Assembly (NCBI GenBank): GCA_963802945.1
Contig: CAWDKY010000017.1
Span: 192,001 to 256,000, forward strand
Source: an uncultured delta proteobacterium
GTDB lineage: Bacteria; Desulfobacterota; RBG-13-43-22
Direction: 5' to 3'
Length of the DNA stretch: 64,000 bases
Part shown: positions 17,495-27,647 of the stretch, in pieces
Position numbering within the stretch: the stretch's first letter is position 1
How the letters are laid out: every line of letters starts with the position of its first letter
Translations under genes and position numbers: made by a program
Notes under the pieces: generated by a model
Databases searched by the model: none
Seen by the model: the letters and a program-made list of their open reading frames with translations, nothing else
Told to the model about the DNA's origin: nothing

Positions 17495-18613
17495 ATGGAA
17501 ACAGCCAGTCAGATTCTTGTCGTTGAAGACGATCCGATGACCAGCCGTTTGCTGGCCACGATCCTTACCCGGCTGGGATACAACGTAGAAACCGCCTTTG
17601 ACGGGATTGATGGTTTGGAGAAAGTCGAATCTTCTTCTCCAGACCTGATATTACTCGACCTCAAGCTACCCAGAATGAATGGGTATGAAGTTGCCCGCCG
17701 ATTGAAACAGGCGGATCAAACGAAAATTATTCCAATCGTCGTGATCTCATCCTTTGCCGAGGTGGAAAACCGGATCGCGGCCTTTGAGGCGGGAGCGGAT
17801 GATTTTTTATCAAAGCCAATCGATCAGGTCGAGCTTCGGGCCAGGGTTCAGTCGCTTTTGAAGGTCAAGAGGTTCAATGATTACATGATCAGCCATCAGA
17901 AAATCCTCGAGGCCGAAGTTGACAGAAGGACCCAGCAACTGCGCCAGGCTTTTGAGGAGTTAAAAAATGCATCAGAAAAGATCAAACAGGCCTCACTCGA
18001 TACCACATTCCGCCTTGCACAGGCGGTCGAAAGCAAAGATGAAGAAACGGGAGGCCATATTAAGAGGATCGGATACTATTCCACCGCCGTTGCCAGGGTC
18101 ATGGCCCTTCTGCCCCAAGACATCGAGAGCATTCTCTATGCCGCACCGATGCATGATATCGGCAAGATCGGTATTCCGGACCGGATTCTGCTCAAATCGA
18201 GATCACTAAATGACGAGGAATGGAAAATCATGAAGATGCATACCGTCATCGGGGGAAGAATCCTTTCTAGTTCGGACTCGTCCGTCATTCAGATGGCCGA
18301 ACAGATCGCCCTGACTCATCATGAAAAATGGGATGGATCCGGATATCCCAATGGATTAAAGGGTTCCAATATTCCTCTCTGGGGACGAATCTCCGCGATC
18401 GTCGATGTTTTTGATGCCCTGACTACCAATCGGCCTTATAAAAAAGCCTTTTCAATCGATCAGTCATTGGAAATTTTGAATGAGGGGAAGGGGACCCATT
18501 TTGATCCGGAGGTTTCCGATGCTTTCTTCTCAATCCAAGAAGAGATACTATCGATCCGCAGGGAGTACGAAGATCCAGTTTCCGAAAAGAATAGGGTAGC
18601 TTGGTTGGATTAA
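17495..18613 (+). CDS. REC + HD-GYP response regulator (RpfG-like c-di-GMP phosphodiesterase)
   Basis: VVEDD, LLDLKLP, KP; MHDIGK, HHEKWDGSGYPNGL, DVFDAL, RPYK. Confidence 0.93.
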   Translation: METASQILVVEDDPMTSRLLATILTRLGYNVETAFDGIDGLEKVESSSPDLILLDLKLPRMNGYEVARRLKQADQTKIIPIVVISSFAEVENRIAAFEAGADDFLSKPIDQVELRARVQSLLKVKRFNDYMISHQKILEAEVDRRTQQLRQAFEELKNASEKIKQASLDTTFRLAQAVESKDEETGGHIKRIGYYSTAVARVMALLPQDIESILYAAPMHDIGKIGIPDRILLKSRSLNDEEWKIMKMHTVIGGRILSSSDSSVIQMAEQIALTHHEKWDGSGYPNGLKGSNIPLWGRISAIVDVFDALTTNRPYKKAFSIDQSLEILNEGKGTHFDPEVSDAFFSIQEEILSIRREYEDPVSEKNRVAWLD

Positions 18614-18920
18614 AGGCAACTTTAAAAAAAGGATAAGATTTCTAAAACCTAACACGGAAAACGGGAATTCTATAAGATTCCTGTCAATAGAAAAAAACCT
18701 GATCGGCTTATATATCCGCCGGCCTTTCCTTTAGGGTAAGGGACGGCCCTTCTTTTTGAGCACACTTCAAAGCCTACTCGCTATTGCAAACTCACATTCA
18801 ATGATGACCATTTAGGAAGTCGTCACCCATGAGATATCTTGACATTCTCTGGAGGATCAAATATTTTTGAAATAAGAAATTAACCTTGACGAATCGAGCC
18901 ATTCTTTTTGTAAGTCCAAA

Positions 18921-20037
18921 ATGAGCAATAACACATTAGCTGGGCTTTATATCCATGTTCCCTTCTGTCTGAGTAAATGCCCCTATTGTGATTTTTATTC
19001 CACCATGGACAACAAACTGATTCCCTTGTGGTTGAAGGCCCTGGAGAAAGAACTGGCGTTTTATCAAGGACATTCTCCTCCTTTGATACGCTCTATTTGG
19101 GGGAGGAAGTCCATCGAGGCTATCCGAACAACAAATAGAAAAAATATTTGAGCTGATTCACGGCTGCTTTCATTTTGAAGCGGATCCGGAGATTACCATC
19201 GAAGCCAATCCCAATGATTTGAATCCCTCTAAGTTAAGAAGGTATCGCAATTTGGGCGTCAATCGGATCAGCCTGGGGGTTCAATCCTTTGACGATCGGG
19301 AGTTATCATTTTTAAGAAGACGGCATACAGCCAAGGAATCGGAAAAAACCCTCAACTGGATTCGCGAAGACGGTTTTAAGAATCTTGGCATTGACCTTAT
19401 CTACGGTCTTCCTGAGCAAACGAAGGAGCAATGGCTGGCCAGTCTGAATAAGGCCCTGGCTTTCCAGCCCGAACATCTGTCTTGTTATCAATTGACCATT
19501 GCCAAGGGGACCTTATTCTGGGGAATGAAAGAAAAAGGCCGCCTTCAGTCGATAAGCGAGGCGGACGAAGAAACATTTTTTCTGACTACCTCCCAATTTT
19601 TAGAAGATCGCGGTTATATTCACTACGAAATTTCCAATTTTGCCAGACAAGAAAACTATTTTTCAAGGCACAATCAAAAATACTGGCAGAGACGGCCTTA
19701 TCTGGGATTGGGACCTTCGGCCCATTCCTTTCAGGAAAACCGCCGTTGGTGGAACCTCCGGTCCCTTAACCGCTATTGCCGGGCATTGGAAGAAGGAAGA
19801 CTCCCGATAGAGGAGCAGGAAGTCTTAACTCAAGACCAGGTGCAAATGGAAGTCATCAGTCTGGGATTACGGACAAAGGCCGGGTTGGATCTCAATTGTT
19901 TGGGGGAAAAAAAGGAGGTAAAAAAAATGCTGCCAAGACTTGTTGAAAACGGATGGATATCCATCTCAGCTAATCACCTAATTCCCACCCTAAAGGGATT
20001 TCTGGTGGCCGACCGTCTGCCTTTATTCTTTGATTGA
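18921..20037 (+). CDS. hemW: Radical SAM heme chaperone HemW (HemN-like), frameshift in a G run near 19100
   Basis: LYIHVPFCLSKCPYCDF (CxxxCxxC), NRISLGVQSF, DLIYGLP, YEISNFA, HNQKYW. Confidence 0.88.
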
Positions 20038-20039
20038 TC

Positions 20040-20357
20040 ATGGACCACAACGCTCCGATGGAATATCCTGTTGACGGCATCCTGGACCTTCACACCTTTC
20101 GACCCAACGAACTCAAGGATCTTATTCCTGAATATTTATTGCTCTGCCGCCGGCGAAGGATCCTTCAGGTGCGTATTATCCACGGGAAAGGCAACGGAAC
20201 CTTGAGACGAACCGTCCAGTCCATTCTTCAACGAATTCCCGAAGTGAGTTCTTTTCAGCAGGCCGGTGAAGATGCTGGCGGCTGGGGTGCCACCATCGTC
20301 ACACTAAGACCTGATGAGGATTATCTCGGCAAGGAGTATGGAAAGAACGGAAGTTAA
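20040..20357 (+). CDS. Smr/MutS2 domain protein
   Basis: LDLH, IIHGKGNGTLR, GGWGATIV. Confidence 0.9.
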   Translation: MDHNAPMEYPVDGILDLHTFRPNELKDLIPEYLLLCRRRRILQVRIIHGKGNGTLRRTVQSILQRIPEVSSFQQAGEDAGGWGATIVTLRPDEDYLGKEYGKNGS

Positions 20358-20449
20358 AACCAAGGATCTCGCAAAAAGTTGGGACCTCTCAGTCCCTGGA
20401 CACTGTATACTATCTTTTACGAGTCCATCAAAACTATGGAGGCTTAATT

Positions 20450-20980
20450 ATGAAGGAACTCATCAAAATCATGTTGATTGTTTCAGGCGTCTTTCTAATA
20501 AACCAAGCAGCCCAAGCCATAGAAGTCGGTGAAGTCCCACCAAAAGTGGAATTGAAGGAAAAATTAGGGGGGCGTTTGGACGGAAAACTATGGAGCAGTG
20601 AAGAGTTGCAGGGAAAGGTCCATGTCCTTTTTTATGTCGACCCTGATGAAAAGGATACCAACAATCCGGCCAGCGATGCTTTGGACAAAGAGAATTTTCC
20701 TGACGATAAGTGTCATTTCTTTGGGATCATCAACATGGCGGCAACCTTGATGCCCAATTTCGCTATTAATATCGCCTTGAAAAAAAAACAGGAACGGTAT
20801 CCCAAGACCACTTATGTGCGGGATTACAAAAAGGTGCTGGTTAACGCCTGGAAGATTGCGGATAACAACAGTGATGTACTTGCCTTTGACAAAAAAGGGA
20901 AGTTGATCTTTAAAAAAGAAGGGCAATTAAGCCCAGCGGAAACCCGAAGGCTGATTCAGGTCATTCGAGATCATCTGTGA
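20450..20980 (+). CDS. YtfJ family exported protein
   Basis: Signal peptide; WSSEELQGKVHVLFYVDP, IINMAA. Confidence 0.75.
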   Translation: MKELIKIMLIVSGVFLINQAAQAIEVGEVPPKVELKEKLGGRLDGKLWSSEELQGKVHVLFYVDPDEKDTNNPASDALDKENFPDDKCHFFGIINMAATLMPNFAINIALKKKQERYPKTTYVRDYKKVLVNAWKIADNNSDVLAFDKKGKLIFKKEGQLSPAETRRLIQVIRDHL

Positions 20981-20988
20981 TTTTACTC

Positions 20989-21023
20989 AAAAAGGCCCCC
21001 TGCACTCCAGGAACAGGGGGCCT
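20989..21023 (-). terminator. Terminator between convergent genes
   Basis: AGGCCCCCTG/CAGGGGGCCT stem preceded by an A run. Confidence 0.65.
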
Positions 21024-21036
21024 CCAAATTCAGCTT

Positions 21037-21720
21037 TTAAGCGGTTAAGACGATCAAGGCGTCAACAGCAACGGGTCTGGCTCCCGATATGATCAGCGGA
21101 TTAATATCGATTTCTTTAATTTTTTCCTGCTCTAATCCGATTTGTCCGAGTTGGACGAGGATGTCGGCCAAACTATTTTTATCCACGGCCTCCATGCCCC
21201 GGATACCTTCTAATAGTTTGTGGGCCTTAGTTTCTTCCATCATTTCCAGGGCCTCTCTCCGGTCGAATGGAGCAACCCGAAAAGAAACATCTTTAAGGAC
21301 TTCGGTAAATATCCCTCCAAGACCAAATAGAACACAAGGTCCGAATTGAGGATCCCGTGTCAGACCGGCCAAAAATTCGCGTTTTCCCTTGACCATTTCC
21401 TGGACCAAAACCGTTTTTGAACTCCCGTTCATTCGTCCCATGATTTCAGTAAAGGCCTGCCCGGCTTCCGCTTCATTTCGGATATCCAGCCGGATAAGGT
21501 CTTTTTCGGTTTTGTGGGTAATATCCGGAGCATTCCCTTTTAGGACCAGGGGAAATCCGATTTCCCGGGCAGCTTCCTTGAGATCTTTGGCGTCCTTACA
21601 TAGTTTCTCTTTGGCAATTGGGATCTGGTAATGGGTAAGCACAAGTTTAGATTCATACTCCGATAGAGTCGTTCTGCCTTCCTTTAAAGCCGATTCGATG
21701 ATTTTTTTAGGTTCCTGCAT
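21037..21720 (-). CDS. Acetate--CoA ligase (ADP-forming) beta subunit, ATP-grasp
   Basis: LSEYESKLVL, IGFPLVLK, HKTE, DPQFGP, GLGGIFTE, EIDINPL. Confidence 0.9.
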   Translation of the reverse strand: MQEPKKIIESALKEGRTTLSEYESKLVLTHYQIPIAKEKLCKDAKDLKEAAREIGFPLVLKGNAPDITHKTEKDLIRLDIRNEAEAGQAFTEIMGRMNGSSKTVLVQEMVKGKREFLAGLTRDPQFGPCVLFGLGGIFTEVLKDVSFRVAPFDRREALEMMEETKAHKLLEGIRGMEAVDKNSLADILVQLGQIGLEQEKIKEIDINPLIISGARPVAVDALIVLTA

Positions 21721-21868
21721 GGCTTGTTTTCCTTTTGATTTTTAATTTTAATTTTTCCTGCTCAAAGGGGTACTAAACTATTGAATGATACATAGGGCTA
21801 AAATAGTACCGAAATTGTTTTATCCAGTCAATCAGAAATTATTGGCCGGGAAAAAGTATTTGGGTTGG

Positions 21869-22294
21869 TTAAGGTTCAAGAAAAGGCAACGGCTTCCCTT
21901 TGCGGTAAGCCAGGGCCTGACAGGAAGCGATCAAATTCCCTTGTTCATCTTTCACCTTGATGTCGTAATTAGCCGTTTTTGCAGTCCGGCTGAATTCTTT
22001 GGCTATGGCCGTCAGTTGATTCCCGGGAGCAGGGGAAGCAATAAACGTGATATTCACATTTAAGGCTAAGGCCACCGTACCATAAGTGTTGCAGGCCGTT
22101 TGAAAGGCCTCGTCTATCAAAGCGAAAACGGCCCCGCCGTGAGCCATACCGAAGATGTTTTCCATATCCGGCGTAAAGACCATCGTTACCTTGGAATATC
22201 CTTCCTCAAGATCGACTAGTTTCAATCCGAATTTTTCAGCAAATGGTTCCCGGCCAACTTGCCGGAATAATAATTCTCTCACCCGATCGTCCAT
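21869..22294 (-). CDS. PaaI-family hotdog-fold thioesterase
   Basis: NIFGMAHGGAVFALIDEAF. Confidence 0.9.
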   Translation of the reverse strand: MDDRVRELLFRQVGREPFAEKFGLKLVDLEEGYSKVTMVFTPDMENIFGMAHGGAVFALIDEAFQTACNTYGTVALALNVNITFIASPAPGNQLTAIAKEFSRTAKTANYDIKVKDEQGNLIASCQALAYRKGKPLPFLEP

Positions 22295-22579
22295 TTTCTC
22301 CTTTGGCCTATACCATCGTCAAGAAACAACGATTTGATGCACCCTGCGCTTTTTTTTACAGGTTTCTCCGTTCAGACCGGAACCTGATCACCCTCGGCCG
22401 GCTGACGGACTTTCTATAGATCCATCATGATTTGATTTTCAAAAAAGCCGACTTGTTAGCGATATTATTATTTATTGAAGATGTTGTCCAAACAATTTTT
22501 TTGAAATTATTTAACCTTTATAAATCATTTAAAATTTCTCCAGGAGCGATGGGATGTTCTTCACCACATTTGAAGAGAA

Positions 22580-22881
22580 TCAAGCTGATTCAGCGGCTGT
22601 ATTCAATAAAAAAACCCTTGCTATCAGAAGAAGAATTCCAATAATCCGGGATGGGGAAATGTGCTCTTGGAATGAAAGGAAGGAACTTATCAGGACGATG
22701 ATGAAGCCCAGACCGGAAAGAGGATAAGCAAATTGACCTCCTCCTTGGCCAGAACAGTCAAACACAAAACAGCCCCGGCCCCAAAAGACAAAAATCCGAG
22801 GAAGACATAATCATTGCCAATGACATAGCCCGTCAACTTCCCCAGGGAAACTTGTTGATGTTGATGATCAAAAATCATCAT
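22580..22881 (-). pseudogene. Decayed SMR/EamA-type small membrane transporter
   Basis: Two overlapping frames; AYPLSGLGFIIVLISSFLSFQEHISPSRIIGILLLI is typical of SMR/EamA C-termini. Confidence 0.55.
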
Positions 22882-23215
22882 ACCTTTTTAAAAAACAATT
22901 GTCCGATGGAAGTCAAGGCCACCGAGACTAAAGTCAAAGATAAATGGAACAGGGGGGTTTTAACAAAAAGAGATGTTCATGTTTCTTTTAGCCCTACTGC
23001 TTTATTTTTAAATAATTATAGTCAATTAGGCACCGATCAACTTTAAAAAAATGAGAGTTGCCTGTCATGGGATATTTTAGTTCTTGGGGTGCCCAATAAT
23101 TATTAACAAAAAATTGAGAACCAGTTGTATTAGTCGATAGAATATGATAAAGACAGTCGGTAAGGCTTGGTAAAATGGTTAGGAAAAATGTCAGTTTTGG
23201 CCCAAGGGCGCTTTT

Positions 23216-24532
23216 ATGAAAATCAGTGTTTTCGGCTTGGGGTATGTAGGGACCATCAGCGCGGCCTGCTTAGCCCAATTGGGCCATGAGGTGATTGGGG
23301 TGGATGTCAATCCCAATAAGGTCCGGATGATTGAGCAAGGTCAATCCCCGGTTATGGAAGCAGAAGTCGGTCGGATTATTGCTGAACAAACCAAAGCACA
23401 AAGGTTAAAGGCCACTGATAAGGGCGCTTGGGCTTTTGCCCGGACGAATCTGAGTCTGGTTTGCGTGGGAACTCCAGGAAAAGATAATGGAGCCATTGAC
23501 TTAACGTATGTTCGTCGGGTTTTTGAGGAGATGGGTGACTACTTATCTTCCAAGCCCCATTTCCATTGGATTGTCTTAAGAAGCACCGTCTTGCCGGGAA
23601 CAACCGAACAGACCCTGATCCCAATCCTGGAAGAAAAATCCGGGAAATCGGCAGGAAAAGATTTTGGGGTCTGTTTTAATCCGGAATTTTTACGCGAAGG
23701 AAGTTCGGTTTGGGATTTTTTTAATCCCCCTAAGACCGTAATCGGGCTTTTAACCTCTCATGATAATCCCCCAATGCTTTCTCTTTATGAATCTCTTTCT
23801 GCTCCGGTGATCAAGACCTCGATCCGGGAGGCTGAACTGGTCAAATATTTAGACAATGTCTTCCATGCCTTAAAAATCTGTTTTGCCAACGAGATTGGGA
23901 AGGTCTGTCAGGCTTTAAAGGTTGACAGTCATGCGCTCATGAATATTTTTATACAAGACACCAAATTGAATATTTCTCCTATGTATTTAAAACCCGGTTT
24001 TGCCTTTGGCGGCTCCTGTCTGCCGAAGGATACACGGGCCTTGCTTTATATGGCCAAGAGCCTTGATCTCGAATTACCGGTGCTTCAGGCCATCCTGCCC
24101 AGTAATGAAGCTCAACTTCGAGAAGGACTTCGCCTCATCCTTAAAACAAAAAAGAAGAAGGTGGGTCTGTTGGGCTTGAGCTTCAAAGAAGGAACGGATG
24201 ACCTAAGGGAAAGCCCTTTAGTCCTTTTGGCCGAGACCCTCCTGGGAAAGGGTTTTGATCTCAGAATTTATGATCCTCAGGTATTCCTTGGCAATCTTTT
24301 CGGAACCAATAAAGATTTTATTGAGCGCATCATCCCCCATCTGGGTCAGTTGCTTACCCAGGACTTAGAAGGGCTGCTGACCCATGCCGAGGTCATCGTC
24401 ATCGGTTCAAAAATTCAAGGGGTTTCGTCATTGAGAGATTCCCTTCGGGACGATCAGGAAATTATCGATTTAGTTCGGGCCTTTCCGGAAAATAGAGGCT
24501 TTAAAGGAAGGTACCAAGGAATAAGCTGGTAA
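23216..24532 (+). CDS. UDP-glucose/GDP-mannose 6-dehydrogenase (AlgD-like)
   Basis: GLGYVG, CVGTP, NPEFLREG, FAFGGSCLPKD, GLSFKEGTDDLRESP. Confidence 0.95.
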   Translation: MKISVFGLGYVGTISAACLAQLGHEVIGVDVNPNKVRMIEQGQSPVMEAEVGRIIAEQTKAQRLKATDKGAWAFARTNLSLVCVGTPGKDNGAIDLTYVRRVFEEMGDYLSSKPHFHWIVLRSTVLPGTTEQTLIPILEEKSGKSAGKDFGVCFNPEFLREGSSVWDFFNPPKTVIGLLTSHDNPPMLSLYESLSAPVIKTSIREAELVKYLDNVFHALKICFANEIGKVCQALKVDSHALMNIFIQDTKLNISPMYLKPGFAFGGSCLPKDTRALLYMAKSLDLELPVLQAILPSNEAQLREGLRLILKTKKKKVGLLGLSFKEGTDDLRESPLVLLAETLLGKGFDLRIYDPQVFLGNLFGTNKDFIERIIPHLGQLLTQDLEGLLTHAEVIVIGSKIQGVSSLRDSLRDDQEIIDLVRAFPENRGFKGRYQGISW

Positions 24533-24562
24533 ATAAGAATGAGAAAAAAAGGCAGCTGAATT

Positions 24563-25996
24563 ATGGCTGAATTGTCTCAAAACATACCCTATCGGGTTAG
24601 TGATCTGCTGATCACCATCCTGAGCTTATTTTTGGGATATCTCCTGGCTAGCGCTCTGGCCGGATATTCGATTCCCTTTTTTAGTTTAAAGATCACCATC
24701 GGAAATCCGCATTCTTTCCCTGAGTTTGTATTGATCTTGGTTGCCATCCCTTTTATTTGGTGGGTGGCCTTAAACTGGGCATCTATCTATGATCCCCTCA
24801 TAATAAGAAATCCCAGATTGCTGTTATGGTCTCTGATCAAGGCCCATTTAAGTGGCGGAATATTTCTGTTCGGCCTTTTCTTTTTGGCTAAATTATATTT
24901 TCCGAGCCGGGCCCAGATGATTTTCTTTCTGGGCATTAATGTCTTGTTGCTCTATGGCGAAAAAAGAATACTGGTTTCTTTCTGGAATGTGAAAAAAAGG
25001 GAGACTGCTTTTCAAAGACTTCTCCTGATTGGAATGGATCTGGAAGCGAGGAGATTTGCCAGGCATGTCGAAAATTATCCTGAACTAGGTTATAAAATTA
25101 TCGGCTGTTTGGCCGATCAAACGGAAGATTTGAATGGATTCGATGATCATCTTAAAGTTTTGGGAAACATTGCTCAGGTTGAAAAAATCGTCAGGGAAAA
25201 CCCCGTTGACGAAGTCATTGTCTTTTCTCTCCAGAAGTTATGGGAAACGATGGACCTGGTAGCCGCCGTTTGTGAAGATATGGGCATTCGTCTGACGATG
25301 GTGCCCCAATGGCCGACTCTCAAGATAACCCAGCTTCATTTCCGGAAACTGGGTGGTACTCCTTTGCTAAGTTTTGTTTTCAGCCCAACTGAAAGCTGGC
25401 CTCTTTTCATTAAGAGGATGATAGATTTCAGTTTATCGCTCCTGGCCCTGATCTTTTTATCGCCGCTTTTTATTTTAATTGCTGTAATAATTAAATGGGA
25501 TTCCAAAGGCCCTGTCTTTTTTATCCAAAAGCGGTGCGGCCTTAACGGGAGGATGTTTTCCCTGATTAAATTTCGATCCATGGTTCAAGAAGCCGAAACC
25601 ATGCAGGAACAGTTGAGAAACCTAAATGAAATGTCCGGTCCGGTTTTTAAAATAACCAACGATCCCCGAATCACCCGAGTCGGCTCCTGGCTCCGGAAGA
25701 CCAGTTTGGATGAATTGCCCCAACTTATCAATGTCTTCAAAGGAGACATCAGTCTGGTTGGCCCGAGACCTCCAGTTCCCGGTGAAGTGGCTCTTTATGA
25801 ACGGTGGCAAAGGAGAAGATTGAGTGTTAAGCCGGGGATCACCTGTATTTGGCAAATCAGTGGTCGAAACAATATCAATTTTGACGAATGGATGAAGCTG
25901 GATTTAAATTATATTGATCATTGGTCTTTAACGTTGGACCTGAAGATTTTAACCCGCACCATCCCGGCAGTGCTTTTAGGCCGAGGTGCGAGATAA
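24563..25996 (+). CDS. Priming polyprenyl glycosylphosphotransferase (WcaJ/CpsE family)
   Basis: TM region, KFRSM, DPRITRVG, SLDELPQ, LVGPRP, KPGIT. Confidence 0.95.
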   Translation: MAELSQNIPYRVSDLLITILSLFLGYLLASALAGYSIPFFSLKITIGNPHSFPEFVLILVAIPFIWWVALNWASIYDPLIIRNPRLLLWSLIKAHLSGGIFLFGLFFLAKLYFPSRAQMIFFLGINVLLLYGEKRILVSFWNVKKRETAFQRLLLIGMDLEARRFARHVENYPELGYKIIGCLADQTEDLNGFDDHLKVLGNIAQVEKIVRENPVDEVIVFSLQKLWETMDLVAAVCEDMGIRLTMVPQWPTLKITQLHFRKLGGTPLLSFVFSPTESWPLFIKRMIDFSLSLLALIFLSPLFILIAVIIKWDSKGPVFFIQKRCGLNGRMFSLIKFRSMVQEAETMQEQLRNLNEMSGPVFKITNDPRITRVGSWLRKTSLDELPQLINVFKGDISLVGPRPPVPGEVALYERWQRRRLSVKPGITCIWQISGRNNINFDEWMKLDLNYIDHWSLTLDLKILTRTIPAVLLGRGAR

Positions 25997-26015
25997 TGGA
26001 CAACCGAGGTCATTT

Positions 26016-27644
26016 ATGGAATTAAAGAAAACATTAAAGAAAATTGTTACCCTGGGAAAGCATCCCCTGTATGAAGAAGGGATCCAGCTCTACAATGAGG
26101 GATTTTTCCCTGAAGCTCTGGAAATATTTAAAAAAATCGTCACTCGTGGTCAGAATGAAGCCAGCTTGCATTTTAACCTAGCCTCTTTTTACAGCGGATT
26201 AATTCACCGGAACCTTGGGTTGCTCTTTCTGCATAAAGGGGATTTCTCAGAGGCCATTGCCCACTTTAACCGGGCCCTGGAATTTAATCCGACCCATTAT
26301 GAAATTTATAATTATTTGGGCATTGCCTACAACAACTGGAAGAAATATCCAAAGGCCATGTCCGCTTTTTCCAGGGTCCTGAAGTTAGCCCCTGAACTCC
26401 TTTCCTTGCGTTATAAAGTGGCTATTGTTTTGTATAATTTAAAAAAATATGATCAGGCCCTGGAAGAAATTCGGCGCTTGATTGGCTTGAATCCAAAATT
26501 TGCTGATTTGCATTATCATCTGGGAGTGATTTATGCCCATCAGAGACAATTTAAGGAGGCCCAAAAGGCTTTTTCGCATGCTGTTGATTTAAATCCTTAT
26601 TATCTTCAAGCCAAGATAGAGTTGTCGTTAATTGAGGCCGCCCAGGGTAACCATGAATTAGCTATGGAGAAACTCAAGGCAATCATCAAGCTGCGACCCA
26701 ATTACCCTGATCTTTATTATAATATTGGGGTGATCCAGGCGGCTCAAAAAGATTGGAAAGGGGCCCGGGACAGTATTATGAAGGCCCTGGAAATAAATAA
26801 AAATTATTCTAATGCTCATTTTATTTTGGGGATTTTATCCTTAAGGAATAATGAGCCTGAGGCGGCGGAGCAAGCCATTCAAAGGGCCCTGGAGCTTGAT
26901 TTGGAAGAGCCGAAACGGTCGTTAGCTAAAAATATTTTAGACTACTTAAACAAAAGAAAGGAAATAAAACCAAACGAGGATAACGCGGCCATCCTGGCAC
27001 AACTCAATCCCCTGCAAGAGGGTTATTTGGAAGAAATGTTACAGGTTTATCCCCAACACCTGCCTATTGTCCCGGATTATTTCGAAATCATGGAGAAGTT
27101 TGGGTCCAAATGGGATCGCCCCTTACTGACTACCCTAGTCAAGCTTTATGAAGATGCTGTCGCTGAAACACCGCATTATGCTGATTTACATTTTCAATTG
27201 GGAAAGATTTACGACCAAATGGAGGCTTGGGATAAGGCTATTTTGGCCTTGACTAAGGCCCTGGAAATCAACCCTCTGTTTTCCAAGGCTCGAATCCATC
27301 TTTATCAAATTTTCCTGAAGGTTCAGATGCCGGAGAGGGCCAAGAACGAGTTGGAGTTCTTAATGCAACAAGGCATCCAGTTCCCTGATCTGTCCGTGAG
27401 TTTGGCTGAGATCTATCTTGGGGAGAAAGATTGGGACGCGGCCATGTCTTGTCTATATTCCGCCATGGAAAAAAATCCAGGGTTTGAAAAGGCCTTTTTG
27501 TTGGCCTCAGTTCTCCTTGAAAAAAAGGAGGCCATCGATCAGGCCATCAGAATCTTAGAGGAATTTAAAGATAAAAACAGAGGTTGTTCCAATGAAGTGG
27601 CTTTGAGAATCCATGAATTGGAAAAGAAAAGGGATGGGGCTTAG
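26016..27644 (+). CDS. Tetratricopeptide repeat protein
   Basis: Many ALxxNP / YxxLG TPR repeats along the whole length. Confidence 0.9.
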   Translation: MELKKTLKKIVTLGKHPLYEEGIQLYNEGFFPEALEIFKKIVTRGQNEASLHFNLASFYSGLIHRNLGLLFLHKGDFSEAIAHFNRALEFNPTHYEIYNYLGIAYNNWKKYPKAMSAFSRVLKLAPELLSLRYKVAIVLYNLKKYDQALEEIRRLIGLNPKFADLHYHLGVIYAHQRQFKEAQKAFSHAVDLNPYYLQAKIELSLIEAAQGNHELAMEKLKAIIKLRPNYPDLYYNIGVIQAAQKDWKGARDSIMKALEINKNYSNAHFILGILSLRNNEPEAAEQAIQRALELDLEEPKRSLAKNILDYLNKRKEIKPNEDNAAILAQLNPLQEGYLEEMLQVYPQHLPIVPDYFEIMEKFGSKWDRPLLTTLVKLYEDAVAETPHYADLHFQLGKIYDQMEAWDKAILALTKALEINPLFSKARIHLYQIFLKVQMPERAKNELEFLMQQGIQFPDLSVSLAEIYLGEKDWDAAMSCLYSAMEKNPGFEKAFLLASVLLEKKEAIDQAIRILEEFKDKNRGCSNEVALRIHELEKKRDGA

Positions 27645-27647
27645 CCG

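Noticed and set aside
23040-23215. ops/JUMPstart element upstream of the EPS locus
   Set aside because: No GGCGGTAG match seen
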